Assembly (NCBI GenBank): GCA_965247995.1
Contig: OZ252041.1
Location: 728,377 to 792,376 of the forward strand
DNA from: Dehalococcoidia bacterium
GTDB lineage: Bacteria > Chloroflexota > Dehalococcoidia > UBA6926
Direction: 5' to 3'
Length of the DNA stretch: 64,000 bases
The notes beneath the pieces were generated by a model that did not search any database, was not told the origin of the DNA, and saw nothing but the letters and a program-made list of their open reading frames with translations. Made by a program: the position numbers and the translations under genes. Positions 57,115-64,000 of this stretch are shown piece after piece (positions within the stretch are counted from its first letter, which is position 1; each line of letters starts with the position of its first letter).

Positions 57115-57375
57115 GCGGGGGGCATCCGCCGAGGGCGGCTTGTTCTGCCGAATTCCGCTTGGGGGACCGCAATCGCGGCGGCCATGCGGCTTTCGCCTCA
57201 ATCGGTGCGGAGAATCCGGGGCCTAATCTCCGCATCCTGTTGGCTGGTGCCGTGAGCGTTCGCCCCCCTCATGATCGTTCGTAGCGGGAGCCGCATCGGC
57301 GAAGTGCTAGCCTTGGGTGACTGGACCATCAAGGAAAAACACGCCGTTTTGTAACGGGTAGTCAGGCACGAAACT

Positions 57376-58581
57376 ATGAGCACGATGACCGATTGGCAGG
57401 CAACCGAGTCCGAGTACTACATGCAGACGGTGCGCCGGGTGCCGGTGACGCTGGTGCGTGGAGAAGGCAGCACGGTCTGGGACGACCAGGGCCGGGAGTA
57501 CCTGGACTTCGTTGGGGGATGGGCGACGGCGACGCTGGGGCATTCCCACCCGGGGTTGGCGGACGCGATCGCGGAGCAGGCCCGGACGCTGATCCAGGTC
57601 TCCAATGCGTTCTACACGGTGCCGCAGGTGGAGTTGGCGCAGCTGTTGATCGATAACTCGTGCATGGACCGGGTGTTCTTCTGCAACAGCGGCGCGGAGG
57701 CGGTGGAGGGGGCGATCAAGGTGGCGCGGCGGTACGGGAAGCTGCACCACGACGGCGCGTACGAGGTGATCACGGCACTCGACTCGTTCCACGGGCGGAC
57801 GTTGGGCACGGTCGCGGCGACGGGACAGCCGCATTACCAGGAGGCGTTCACTCCGCTTACGCCGGGGTTCGTGCACGTGCCCTTCGACAGCATCGACGCA
57901 ATCGTGGAGGCGACGAACGAGCGGACGGCGGCGGTGTTGCTGGAGCCGGTGCAAGGAGAGGGCGGCGTGAACGTCCCTTCGCCCAACTACTTGCGGCAGG
58001 TTCGCGAGTGGTGCGACGCGAACAATTTGCTGTTGATGTTCGACGAGGTCCAGACCGGCATCGGGCGGCTGGGGACGCTGTTCGGGTATGAGACGTTCGG
58101 CGTGGAGCCAGACGTGATGTCGCTTGCGAAGGGCCTGGGCGGGGGCGTGCCGATCGGGGCGTTCCTGGTCACGGACAAGGCGGACTCGTTGACGTTTGGG
58201 GACCACGGTTCGACGTTCGGGGGGAACCCGCTGGCGTGCGCCGCGGCGCGGACGGTGGTGCAGACGGTGTTGGACGAGGACATTCCGGGCCGGGCGAAGG
58301 CGGCCGGCCAGCACCTGCGGTCGCGTTTGCAGGCGATCGCGGACCGGCAGGACGGGGTGGTGGACGTGCGTGGGATGGGGTTGCTGGACGCAATCGAGTT
58401 CCGCGAGGAGATCGCGGGGGACGTGCTGGCGGCGTGCGTGGAGCGCGGGCTGCTGGTGAACCGGGTGCGGCCGAACGCACTGCGGCTGATGCCGCCGCTG
58501 GTGGTTACGGACGAGGAGATCGACCGCGGGGTGGCGATCTTGGAGGAGGCAATCCGGGCGGTGGCGGGCGGCGGGAGTTAG
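57376..58581 (+). CDS. argD: Acetylornithine aminotransferase (class III PLP enzyme)
   Basis: 401 aa. GHSHP, FFCNSGAEA.E.A.K.AR, DEVQTG.GR.G, SLAKGLGGG.P.GA. Sits in the arg gene context. Confidence 0.9.
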   Translation: MSTMTDWQATESEYYMQTVRRVPVTLVRGEGSTVWDDQGREYLDFVGGWATATLGHSHPGLADAIAEQARTLIQVSNAFYTVPQVELAQLLIDNSCMDRVFFCNSGAEAVEGAIKVARRYGKLHHDGAYEVITALDSFHGRTLGTVAATGQPHYQEAFTPLTPGFVHVPFDSIDAIVEATNERTAAVLLEPVQGEGGVNVPSPNYLRQVREWCDANNLLLMFDEVQTGIGRLGTLFGYETFGVEPDVMSLAKGLGGGVPIGAFLVTDKADSLTFGDHGSTFGGNPLACAAARTVVQTVLDEDIPGRAKAAGQHLRSRLQAIADRQDGVVDVRGMGLLDAIEFREEIAGDVLAACVERGLLVNRVRPNALRLMPPLVVTDEEIDRGVAILEEAIRAVAGGGS

Positions 58582-58593
58582 CTCCACTTCCTG

Positions 58594-59295
58594 GTGCAGC
58601 GTCTGGCGGCTCTGCCGAGAGACCGGGCGGGGTTCGAGGGTTCTTGGAACGCGGCTTTGACCGCGGTGCTCGTACGATTCGTCGTTCTGTTGGTCTTTGT
58701 TCTCGTTCCGGTCGCTTGCGCGTGTGATTTCTTCACCCGAGAACCGGGTGAGGCGAAGGACCTGGACCCTCTTGGGACTGCGATCATGATCCGCCCGCTC
58801 GTACCAGACTCACTGGAAATCGAATGGCCGGGCGAACCGCTCCCAGAGGAGGGTCCGGGCCGCCTTGAGATGATCAAGGAGCGGGTCGGCGAGTTGTTGG
58901 TCCCGACCTACCTTCCCGGCGATCTGAGCCTCGCAACCAGTCAGATCATGCGTGGCAGCGAGACGTCGCTGACCTACAGTGCGAGCTTCGACAGCGAGCG
59001 AGGAGTGTCCCTGCCGATTGTCAGGATCCTGCAGGTAACCGGGGCCGTCATTCCCGCGACGGTCCCGAGTCGATATGTGCGATCGGTTGAGGTGGCGGGA
59101 CGGCGTGGCTACATTCTCCGCGGCGCCGAGGTGGAGCCCGATGACTCCGACGAAGAGAGGTCCTGGGACCCCACGGCCGCGTTGACGCTGTATCTCCCTC
59201 AGGAACGGTTTGTGACGGTGATTGGGCCTTTCCCCACGGATGTTTACGACGACGAGGAGTTGGTGCGGATTGCGGAATCGCTAGAACCGCTTTGA
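58594..59295 (+). CDS. Hypothetical exported protein (possible DUF4367-like)
   Basis: 233 aa. N-terminal TM/lipobox-like VPVACAC. LLVPTYLPGDLSL is reminiscent of DUF4367 domains. Confidence 0.5.
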   Translation: MQRLAALPRDRAGFEGSWNAALTAVLVRFVVLLVFVLVPVACACDFFTREPGEAKDLDPLGTAIMIRPLVPDSLEIEWPGEPLPEEGPGRLEMIKERVGELLVPTYLPGDLSLATSQIMRGSETSLTYSASFDSERGVSLPIVRILQVTGAVIPATVPSRYVRSVEVAGRRGYILRGAEVEPDDSDEERSWDPTAALTLYLPQERFVTVIGPFPTDVYDDEELVRIAESLEPL

Positions 59296-59320
59296 GGGGT
59301 GTGGGGGGATCGAGGGGATA

Positions 59321-59395
59321 GGATTGCTGGGTGAACCAGGTGCGCGCGAACGCACTGCGGCTGATGCCGCCGGGGGTCCTTGACGGAGTCGACGC
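59321..59395 (+). pseudogene. Degenerate duplicate of the argD 3' end
   Basis: 59321-59372 (ggattgctgggtgaaccaggtgcgcgcgaacgcactgcggctgatgccgccg) matches 58447-58497 of argD with a few substitutions and one indel. It encodes VNQVRANALRLMPP versus LVNRVRPNALRLMPP. Confidence 0.65.
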
Positions 59396-59441
59396 TACCC
59401 GGGGACCGAGTGCCGTGGTCCCTGATGGCGGTGGCTACCAC

Positions 59442-59476
59442 GGCATGGCCGAACGCTACGCGCTGTCGGCCATGCC
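59442..59476. terminator. 11-bp inverted repeat spanning the stop codon of the minus-strand lipoprotein gene
   Basis: GGCATGGCCGA-acgctacgcgctg-TCGGCCATGCC. No U-tract, so its function is uncertain. Confidence 0.3.
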
Positions 59477-59941
59477 TTCGAGCACCGCCGTCAGCACCCC
59501 GCCTTTGTCGTCATCAGAAGCTGGAGACAGCTCCAGGCTCAACAGCCGGATTGAGATGTCTTCCGAACCGGGGTGGGAACTGGGTACTGTGGCCCACGGG
59601 CTTTGGTCATCACCGGAGCCCGGCTCAAGGAACGGGCGAACGACCGCGCTTGTGTCAGCCTGAGTCACCGTCAGTTCGATCACGACCTGCCCGGCCCATA
59701 TACAGACGACGTTCGGCCGACATTGGGAATCCTCCACCACGCGGTCGAAGGAGATTCCAATACCCTGGTCGGGCAGTTCGACGGACGCGCCAAGCCCAAT
59801 CTCGACGCGGTGCGCGGGCGGGGCCGGTTGCATGGTCGGCGACTCGCCTGGAGTTGGTCGTGTATCCGACGACGACTCGCAGGCCGCGGCCATCAACCCG
59901 ATCATGGTCACGGTGATGATGGTGGCGATTAACGTCTTCAT
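59456..59941 (-). CDS. Hypothetical lipoprotein (161 aa)
   Basis: Signal peptide with lipobox LMAAAC. No recognised domain. Confidence 0.6.
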   Translation of the reverse strand: MKTLIATIITVTMIGLMAAACESSSDTRPTPGESPTMQPAPPAHRVEIGLGASVELPDQGIGISFDRVVEDSQCRPNVVCIWAGQVVIELTVTQADTSAVVRPFLEPGSGDDQSPWATVPSSHPGSEDISIRLLSLELSPASDDDKGGVLTAVLEGMADSA

Positions 59942-60260
59942 GTGACTTTCGACCCTCCGGGGTTGAAACAGCTCTCATTCCACATCTCTAAGGCGTTTGG
60001 AGACGCGGACCGATCTGTGCTCCGATGGACGATTCTTGACGCCGCAGGGCACTTCCTGACAGTACGAGTTTGAACCTGAGGATGAAGGTCCTTGATTCTG
60101 TCCAGTTTGGTGGGCCGGAGTTGGCTGTACTACCGCCATAACCGTCGCACCTCGTAGCCAAGAGTCTGGTCCCTCCGAATTAAACGTGGTAATCCAAGCA
60201 ATAGATAGCAGTAGGATAGGACGACCTCGGGCTGAAGCGTTTTGCGAAGGAGAGGTGGAG

Positions 60261-60899
60261 ATGCGAAACACATTATTTGCAAGTCTGGCGTTGGCCATCG
60301 TGTCCTTGGGAATCCTCGCGTGCGGCGGGGAGGAGGTGGTGTCCTCTGATGACGTGGCGGTGCGGCTTGGCGAGTACACCTTGGAGCCGGACGCAGGAGC
60401 TGCTCCGGCGGGGGTCGTGAAGATCACCGGCATCAACTCTGGCGCCCTTGAGCATGACATATGGATCATCAAGACGGACCTCGCCCCCGGCGCCCTACCC
60501 GTCGTTGATGCGCAAGCCGACTTGTCGGTTGGCGAGGTCTTCGATCCGATCGATGACACTGCGATGGGCGAGATGTCCGACGACGATGGACACGAGGAGT
60601 CCTCGGGTGAGATGACCATGGGCGAGACGTCCGAGGATGATGATGGACACGACGATTCCTCGAGTGAGATGGCCATGGGCGAGACGTCCGAGGATGATGA
60701 TGGACATGATGATTCCTCGGGTGGGATGGCCATGGGCGAGATGTCTCCGGAGGAACACGCGGAAGAGCACAAGCTTCACCTCCAGCCGGGGGAGAGATTC
60801 AGCGCGTCATTCGACTTGCCGCCTGGTTCTTACGTTCTCCTCTGCAATATTGCAACGCACTACCAGTTGGGGATGTACGCTGCGTTCACGGTCAACTGA
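60261..60899 (+). CDS. Cupredoxin-fold (plastocyanin/azurin-like) copper-binding lipoprotein with a Met/His/Asp-rich repeat insert
   Basis: Trimmed to ATG 60261 (AAGGAGAGGTGGAG upstream; lipobox LGILAC). Type-1 Cu ligand pattern: upstream His (ALEHD) plus C-terminal YVLLCNIATHYQLGMYAAFTV (C-x4-H-x4-M). Confidence 0.75.
   Translation: MRNTLFASLALAIVSLGILACGGEEVVSSDDVAVRLGEYTLEPDAGAAPAGVVKITGINSGALEHDIWIIKTDLAPGALPVVDAQADLSVGEVFDPIDDTAMGEMSDDDGHEESSGEMTMGETSEDDDGHDDSSSEMAMGETSEDDDGHDDSSGGMAMGEMSPEEHAEEHKLHLQPGERFSASFDLPPGSYVLLCNIATHYQLGMYAAFTVN
60564..60770 (+). repeat. In-frame tandem repeat, units of 54/57/57 nt plus a partial fourth
   Basis: Units start at 60564, 60618, 60675 and 60732. 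They encode MGEMSDDDGHEESSGEMT / MGETSEDDDGHDDSSSEMA / MGETSEDDDGHDDSSGGMA / MGEMSPEEHAEEH. Confidence 0.9.
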
Positions 60900-60904
60900 G
60901 CCCG

Positions 60905-61010
60905 CTCTCTCCTCCCTCACTGGGGCGGGGAGGAGAGTTCCTTTGAGCGGGAGGTTTGGGGTGGGCTATTCGCGCGTCTCACTTTCTGACTTCTGGATTT
61001 GGATAGGCAC
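60905..61010 (+). repeat. Intergenic repeat element, copy 1 (contains the terminator hairpin)
   Basis: ctcctccctcactggggcggggaggagagttcctttgagcgggaggtttggggtgggctattcgcgcg...tggataggcac. By eye it aligns at roughly four-fifths identity over about 65 nt with copy 2, and both share a downstream TGGATAGG. Confidence 0.6.
60907..60945 (+). terminator. Intrinsic terminator after the cupredoxin gene
   Basis: CTCTCCTCCC-tcactggggcg-GGGAGGAGAG followed by TTCCTTTG, 8 nt after the stop codon. Confidence 0.55.
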
Positions 61011-61019
61011 ACCGACCGG

Positions 61020-62141
61020 CTATTCGGGGCACCTGCAACTGCCAGGCCCATCGCAATCCGTGGTACACATCACGCCGCCGCCTTCGTCCGTGATACAGCT
61101 AGTAGATGTGCAGGTTTGTATGCAGCCTTCAGGGCAAGTGCTGTAGCGGTATTCCTCACAGGCCAGGTCTGGGACGCGCAGTGACTCTTCGATGGTGTTG
61201 GCCATGGCATGAACTACCTGACTCGCCTCGACTCCTGGCAATGGGAAAACGTACTCAGTTACCTGGTCGGCTGGGTCGCAGCCCGTTGCTTCACTGATTA
61301 TCAGTCCGAATCTATTCTGGTCCCGCGCCCATCCTTCAAGGTAGGTGCAGGCGATGTCAGGCTGGAGTGTTACCACCAGGGAATATTGGGGTGGCGAGCC
61401 GTCTGACCTGAGATGCATTTCCTTGACCACCGGGTCGCCAACAGGCCCGGCTGTCATCCGTAGGTTGGAGAGATCGGTGAATATGGGCTTCTCCAGTGGC
61501 GCCGGCGTGGGAGTGGGTTGCGGAGTGGGGTCCGTCACTTGATCGTCAGGACAGGCGTCAGGGGTCGGGTCAGGAAGGCGCAGGTTGGCCAAACGTCCCA
61601 TGGCATTCACGATGGTGCGGTAACGCCCATCTAAACGGTCAGACAGGGTCCCAGGTGCGTAGACGGAGAACTCATTGCGTTGCCCATCGTGTTCAACGGT
61701 TATTTCGTAGAAGGAATCATCCGCAATAACCGACAGCATTTCATGGTTATCCCCGAGCGTGAAGACATCGTTTTCGTACAGCGTTCGCCAGAGTTGTTTC
61801 TGGTCTTCGAGCGGAAGGGTGGTCTCCGAACACTCTATTCTCGCCTCTTGAAGACCGGCAATCGCACTGAATGTTGCGCCGTAATTCAACAGCGTCGAAT
61901 CGGCGTCGTGGACCCGGACGGTGCCGAGCATTCCGCCGCTCTCGCGCATGGAGATTCTTGCGTCCGTGAGGTCGTCCGATGGGACTACGGACGCAGCTGG
62001 CGTGGGTGTGGGCGGGACGGGCGTAGAGGGTGGCGTCGGCGTCCCCTGCGAATCGTCAGTCGGCGTGGACTGCGCACTGCAGGCAATCGCTAACAGCCCA
62101 AGGACGGCGACGACAGTGGTGATGGCTAGTGTGTGTTTCAT
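61020..62141 (-). CDS. Hypothetical lipoprotein with Pro/Thr linkers and a Cys-rich C-terminal module
   Basis: Lipobox LLAIAC. PTPPSTPVPPTPTP and TPQPTPTPAP linkers. The last about 46 aa carry 12 Cys (CEEYRYSTCPEGCIQTCTSTSCITDEGGGVMCTTDCDGPGSCRCPE). Confidence 0.65.
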   Translation of the reverse strand: MKHTLAITTVVAVLGLLAIACSAQSTPTDDSQGTPTPPSTPVPPTPTPAASVVPSDDLTDARISMRESGGMLGTVRVHDADSTLLNYGATFSAIAGLQEARIECSETTLPLEDQKQLWRTLYENDVFTLGDNHEMLSVIADDSFYEITVEHDGQRNEFSVYAPGTLSDRLDGRYRTIVNAMGRLANLRLPDPTPDACPDDQVTDPTPQPTPTPAPLEKPIFTDLSNLRMTAGPVGDPVVKEMHLRSDGSPPQYSLVVTLQPDIACTYLEGWARDQNRFGLIISEATGCDPADQVTEYVFPLPGVEASQVVHAMANTIEESLRVPDLACEEYRYSTCPEGCIQTCTSTSCITDEGGGVMCTTDCDGPGSCRCPE

Positions 62142-62357
62142 TCTCTGCGTGATTCCGCTGGTCCCTACGTATTGGCCCGTACCGCTCTGGCCAAGTCCTG
62201 CTGCGGTCGCGTAGGCCCGTACTTGATAGTACGCGCCGAGTGAGGAAAACGTTCCCTCGGCGAGGGGGCGAGAGCTCGCGAAGGGGAACTAGCGCTTAGG
62301 GCAGTCCCTCCGTCGGTCTCGAAGTAGCGTATGTCATTCTTTGGGAACAGCGCACAA

Positions 62358-62470
62358 CTCCTCCACTGGGACGGGGGAGGGGTTCCTTTGGGCGGGAGGC
62401 TTAAGGTGGGCGGTTCGTGGGCGGGCGAAAGAGGGCAGCGACCGTGTTCGAGATGTGGATAGGTTCGTGA
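62358..62470 (+). repeat. Intergenic repeat element, copy 2 (hairpin degenerate)
   Basis: ctcctccactgggacgggggaggggttcctttgggcgggaggcttaaggtgggcggttcgtgggcg...tggataggttcg. Same orientation as copy 1. Confidence 0.6.
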
Positions 62471-62522
62471 GACCACGCAAGCAGGTGCCTTACACGCCCA
62501 AGTACTACAACAAGATCGCCGA

Positions 62523-63377
62523 TCATCGCTCCGGGGCATCCCATTCGATCTCTCCGAGTCTCCGAAGCTCCGGCGAGATGGGAACAAACAACTCGCTCTC
62601 CCTTGGTTCTCCGCCAATTCCCAGAATAAACCGGTACTCTTTTTGCCAAGCGAATTTCCTACGCTTCAGGAATGACACTGCTGTCGGGCGATGATGGATA
62701 TCAAAGGATTCAATCAACCCTTGGGCATCGTCCGAATAAGAGACAGGACCATGATATACCTGAACCAACTTCTGACCGGGCTCGGATGGCAGCATATAGC
62801 GGGTCAACTTTTCGATAGGACTGAGACGAACGTCAGACCACGAAGAGCAAGAAGCGAAAGCCGGCCCCAATTCTTCAGCAAATATAGACGCGTCTACGAT
62901 CTCGGTCACGCATTGGGCCTCAAATTTTCGCCGCATGCGCTCCAGTTCGCTCGCCAACACCGGCTTTAGGGACGTGCAGAACATCCGGAACCCATTCGCT
63001 GGAAACGTAACACTTCCTGATGGCAAAGCAATACTGGCGGCTTCCACAGCCACATGCTCGCCTAGAAACGACCTCACATCTTCCTCATGTGTTGCTTCTA
63101 GCTCGTCTCCAATACTTGCAGAATCATTCTCAATCTCTCGATAGTATTTGGGCGTGGACAGTTTCAAGTACTTTGCTCTGGGAATCGCATGTTGTTTCTC
63201 GGAGAACTTTACAATTGTGCTTCCAGTCTGTGGGACAAGGTCTGGAGCAACGTCCGTTTTGTAGACGAATACGGTAGTTCGTGGCTCTTTAGTCTCAACG
63301 AAACCCGACTCAAGAGAAATGCCGCGACACCCCAGCATGTGTTGCATTTCTTCAGTGATTTCAATCGGCATTCTCAA
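62523..63377 (-). CDS. Hypothetical protein in an AT-richer patch (possibly DUF2971-like)
   Basis: 284-aa ORF. KLSTPKYYREIENDSASIGDELE, FCTSL and C-terminal KRRKFAWQKEYRFILG loosely recall DUF2971. This is a weak, memory-based call. Confidence 0.55.
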   Translation of the reverse strand: MRMPIEITEEMQHMLGCRGISLESGFVETKEPRTTVFVYKTDVAPDLVPQTGSTIVKFSEKQHAIPRAKYLKLSTPKYYREIENDSASIGDELEATHEEDVRSFLGEHVAVEAASIALPSGSVTFPANGFRMFCTSLKPVLASELERMRRKFEAQCVTEIVDASIFAEELGPAFASCSSWSDVRLSPIEKLTRYMLPSEPGQKLVQVYHGPVSYSDDAQGLIESFDIHHRPTAVSFLKRRKFAWQKEYRFILGIGGEPRESELFVPISPELRRLGEIEWDAPER

Positions 63378-63438
63378 AGGCTACTTTCTCCGGGTTTCTA
63401 GGTTGTGAGGAGATCGAACGGGGTTGGGGACCTCCGAG

Positions 63439-63906
63439 CTAATCCCGTTTCCTGGTGCGGTGCGGTCGGGCGCGGGCGGCTTCGTAGAGGGCGATGAAGT
63501 CTTCGGCTGGGGTGCGGGCGATGGTCTCGGCGATGAGGTCGAGGGGAAGGTCGTCGGCGCGTTTGAAGTGGACGCAGGACTTGCCCATGTCGAGTTTCTT
63601 GCCGCTGGCGCGGAAGCGTTCGGCGAACCAGGTCTCGGTCTCGGGGTCGCCGTAGACGTTGTTGAGGTAGAGGGAGCAGTAGCGTTTCTGGGCGGCGAGG
63701 GCGACGTAGCCGAGGGGTTCGCCGTTGTAGGTGACGGGGAACCGTTCCAGCGGGACTGCGTAGCCGATCATGCCGTACTGCATGAGCTCGTGGTAGTCGT
63801 CCGGCAGGTTTTTGAGGATGACGTCTCGGACCCGTTGGATCTCGGCACGTCGGTCTTCTGGCAGCTCGGCTAAGTATTGGGTGACGGTTGTGGCTGAGGA
63901 TCGCAT
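63439..63906 (-). CDS. DUF1801 (YdhG-like) domain protein
   Basis: Trimmed to ATG 63906 (MRSSATTVTQYLAELPEDRRAEIQRVRDVIL...YGMIGY...VALAAQKRYCSLYL...GKSCVHFKR..DLPLDLI), typical of DUF1801. Confidence 0.75.
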   Translation of the reverse strand: MRSSATTVTQYLAELPEDRRAEIQRVRDVILKNLPDDYHELMQYGMIGYAVPLERFPVTYNGEPLGYVALAAQKRYCSLYLNNVYGDPETETWFAERFRASGKKLDMGKSCVHFKRADDLPLDLIAETIARTPAEDFIALYEAARARPHRTRKRD

Positions 63907-64000
63907 AAGGGTCTCCCGTGCAGGTGGGTCCGGTGTTGAGAGGCAGGGTATTCGGAAATCCTGGCGCGTCAAGATTGGGGGGTTCGGCGCCGTCGTTTCG

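Noticed and set aside
1-64000. CRISPR arrays, rRNA genes, tmRNA/SRP/RNase P RNAs, intact IS elements or prophage blocks
   Set aside because: Scanning by eye found no regularly spaced direct repeats, no rRNA-like conserved stretches, no second tRNA-like T-arm (GGTTCGA.TCC) and no transposase or intact integrase ORFs. A covariance-model scan would be needed to exclude small ncRNAs.

Overview
GC-rich bacterial chromosomal segment. The gene content (remA-gmk, a UPF0182 membrane protein, many acyl-CoA dehydrogenase paralogs, MacB-type ABC transporter) suggests Chloroflexota or Actinomycetota; this is inference only. No similarity search, HMM scan or GC calculation was run. All family calls come from motifs I recognise in the supplied translations or in my own hand translations.

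The backbone is housekeeping and metabolism:
- rho, pyrG, an HCHL-like crotonase, comM/yifB, threonine aldolase, ppsA, an ArsC/LMW-PTP, an M50 protease, tyrA, aroA, remA, gmk
- panE, an EamA transporter, tRNA-Thr(CGU), trpS, an IMPase, a Gfo/Idh/MocA oxidoreductase
- five consecutive acyl-CoA dehydrogenase genes plus a sixth paralog elsewhere
- a MacB-like ABC pair, a molybdopterin hydroxylase large subunit, and argJ-argB-(UPF0182)-argD

Several visibly AT-richer accessory patches interrupt this backbone, and they hold the interesting content:
1. 29.4-33.1 kb: an island with an HNH nuclease, a stop-riddled relic of a nuclease N-terminus, a HEPN-like protein, a HigA antitoxin fused to an ImmA/IrrE metalloprotease, and HigB. 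This is my best candidate for an undescribed three-component toxin/defence module.
2. 17.0-18.9 kb: an islet after gmk with two membrane proteins, a frameshifted small winged-helix-like gene and a PIN-toxin relic.
3. 24.0-24.6 kb: next to the tRNA, an integrase C-terminal relic abuts an ABC-2 permease C-terminal relic.
4. 39.8-42.8 kb: two tandem paralogous surface-protein genes, both interrupted. One has an in-frame TGA; the other has a 1-nt frameshift plus a G10 homopolymer.
5. 58.6-63.4 kb: an exported-protein cluster. It contains a cupredoxin with a Met/His/Asp-rich tandem-repeat insert, a duplicated relic of the argD 3' end, a two-copy intergenic repeat and an AT-rich orphan gene.

No rRNA, CRISPR array or intact mobile element was seen. 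Many long ORFs in the track are antisense shadow ORFs typical of high-GC DNA and were rejected.
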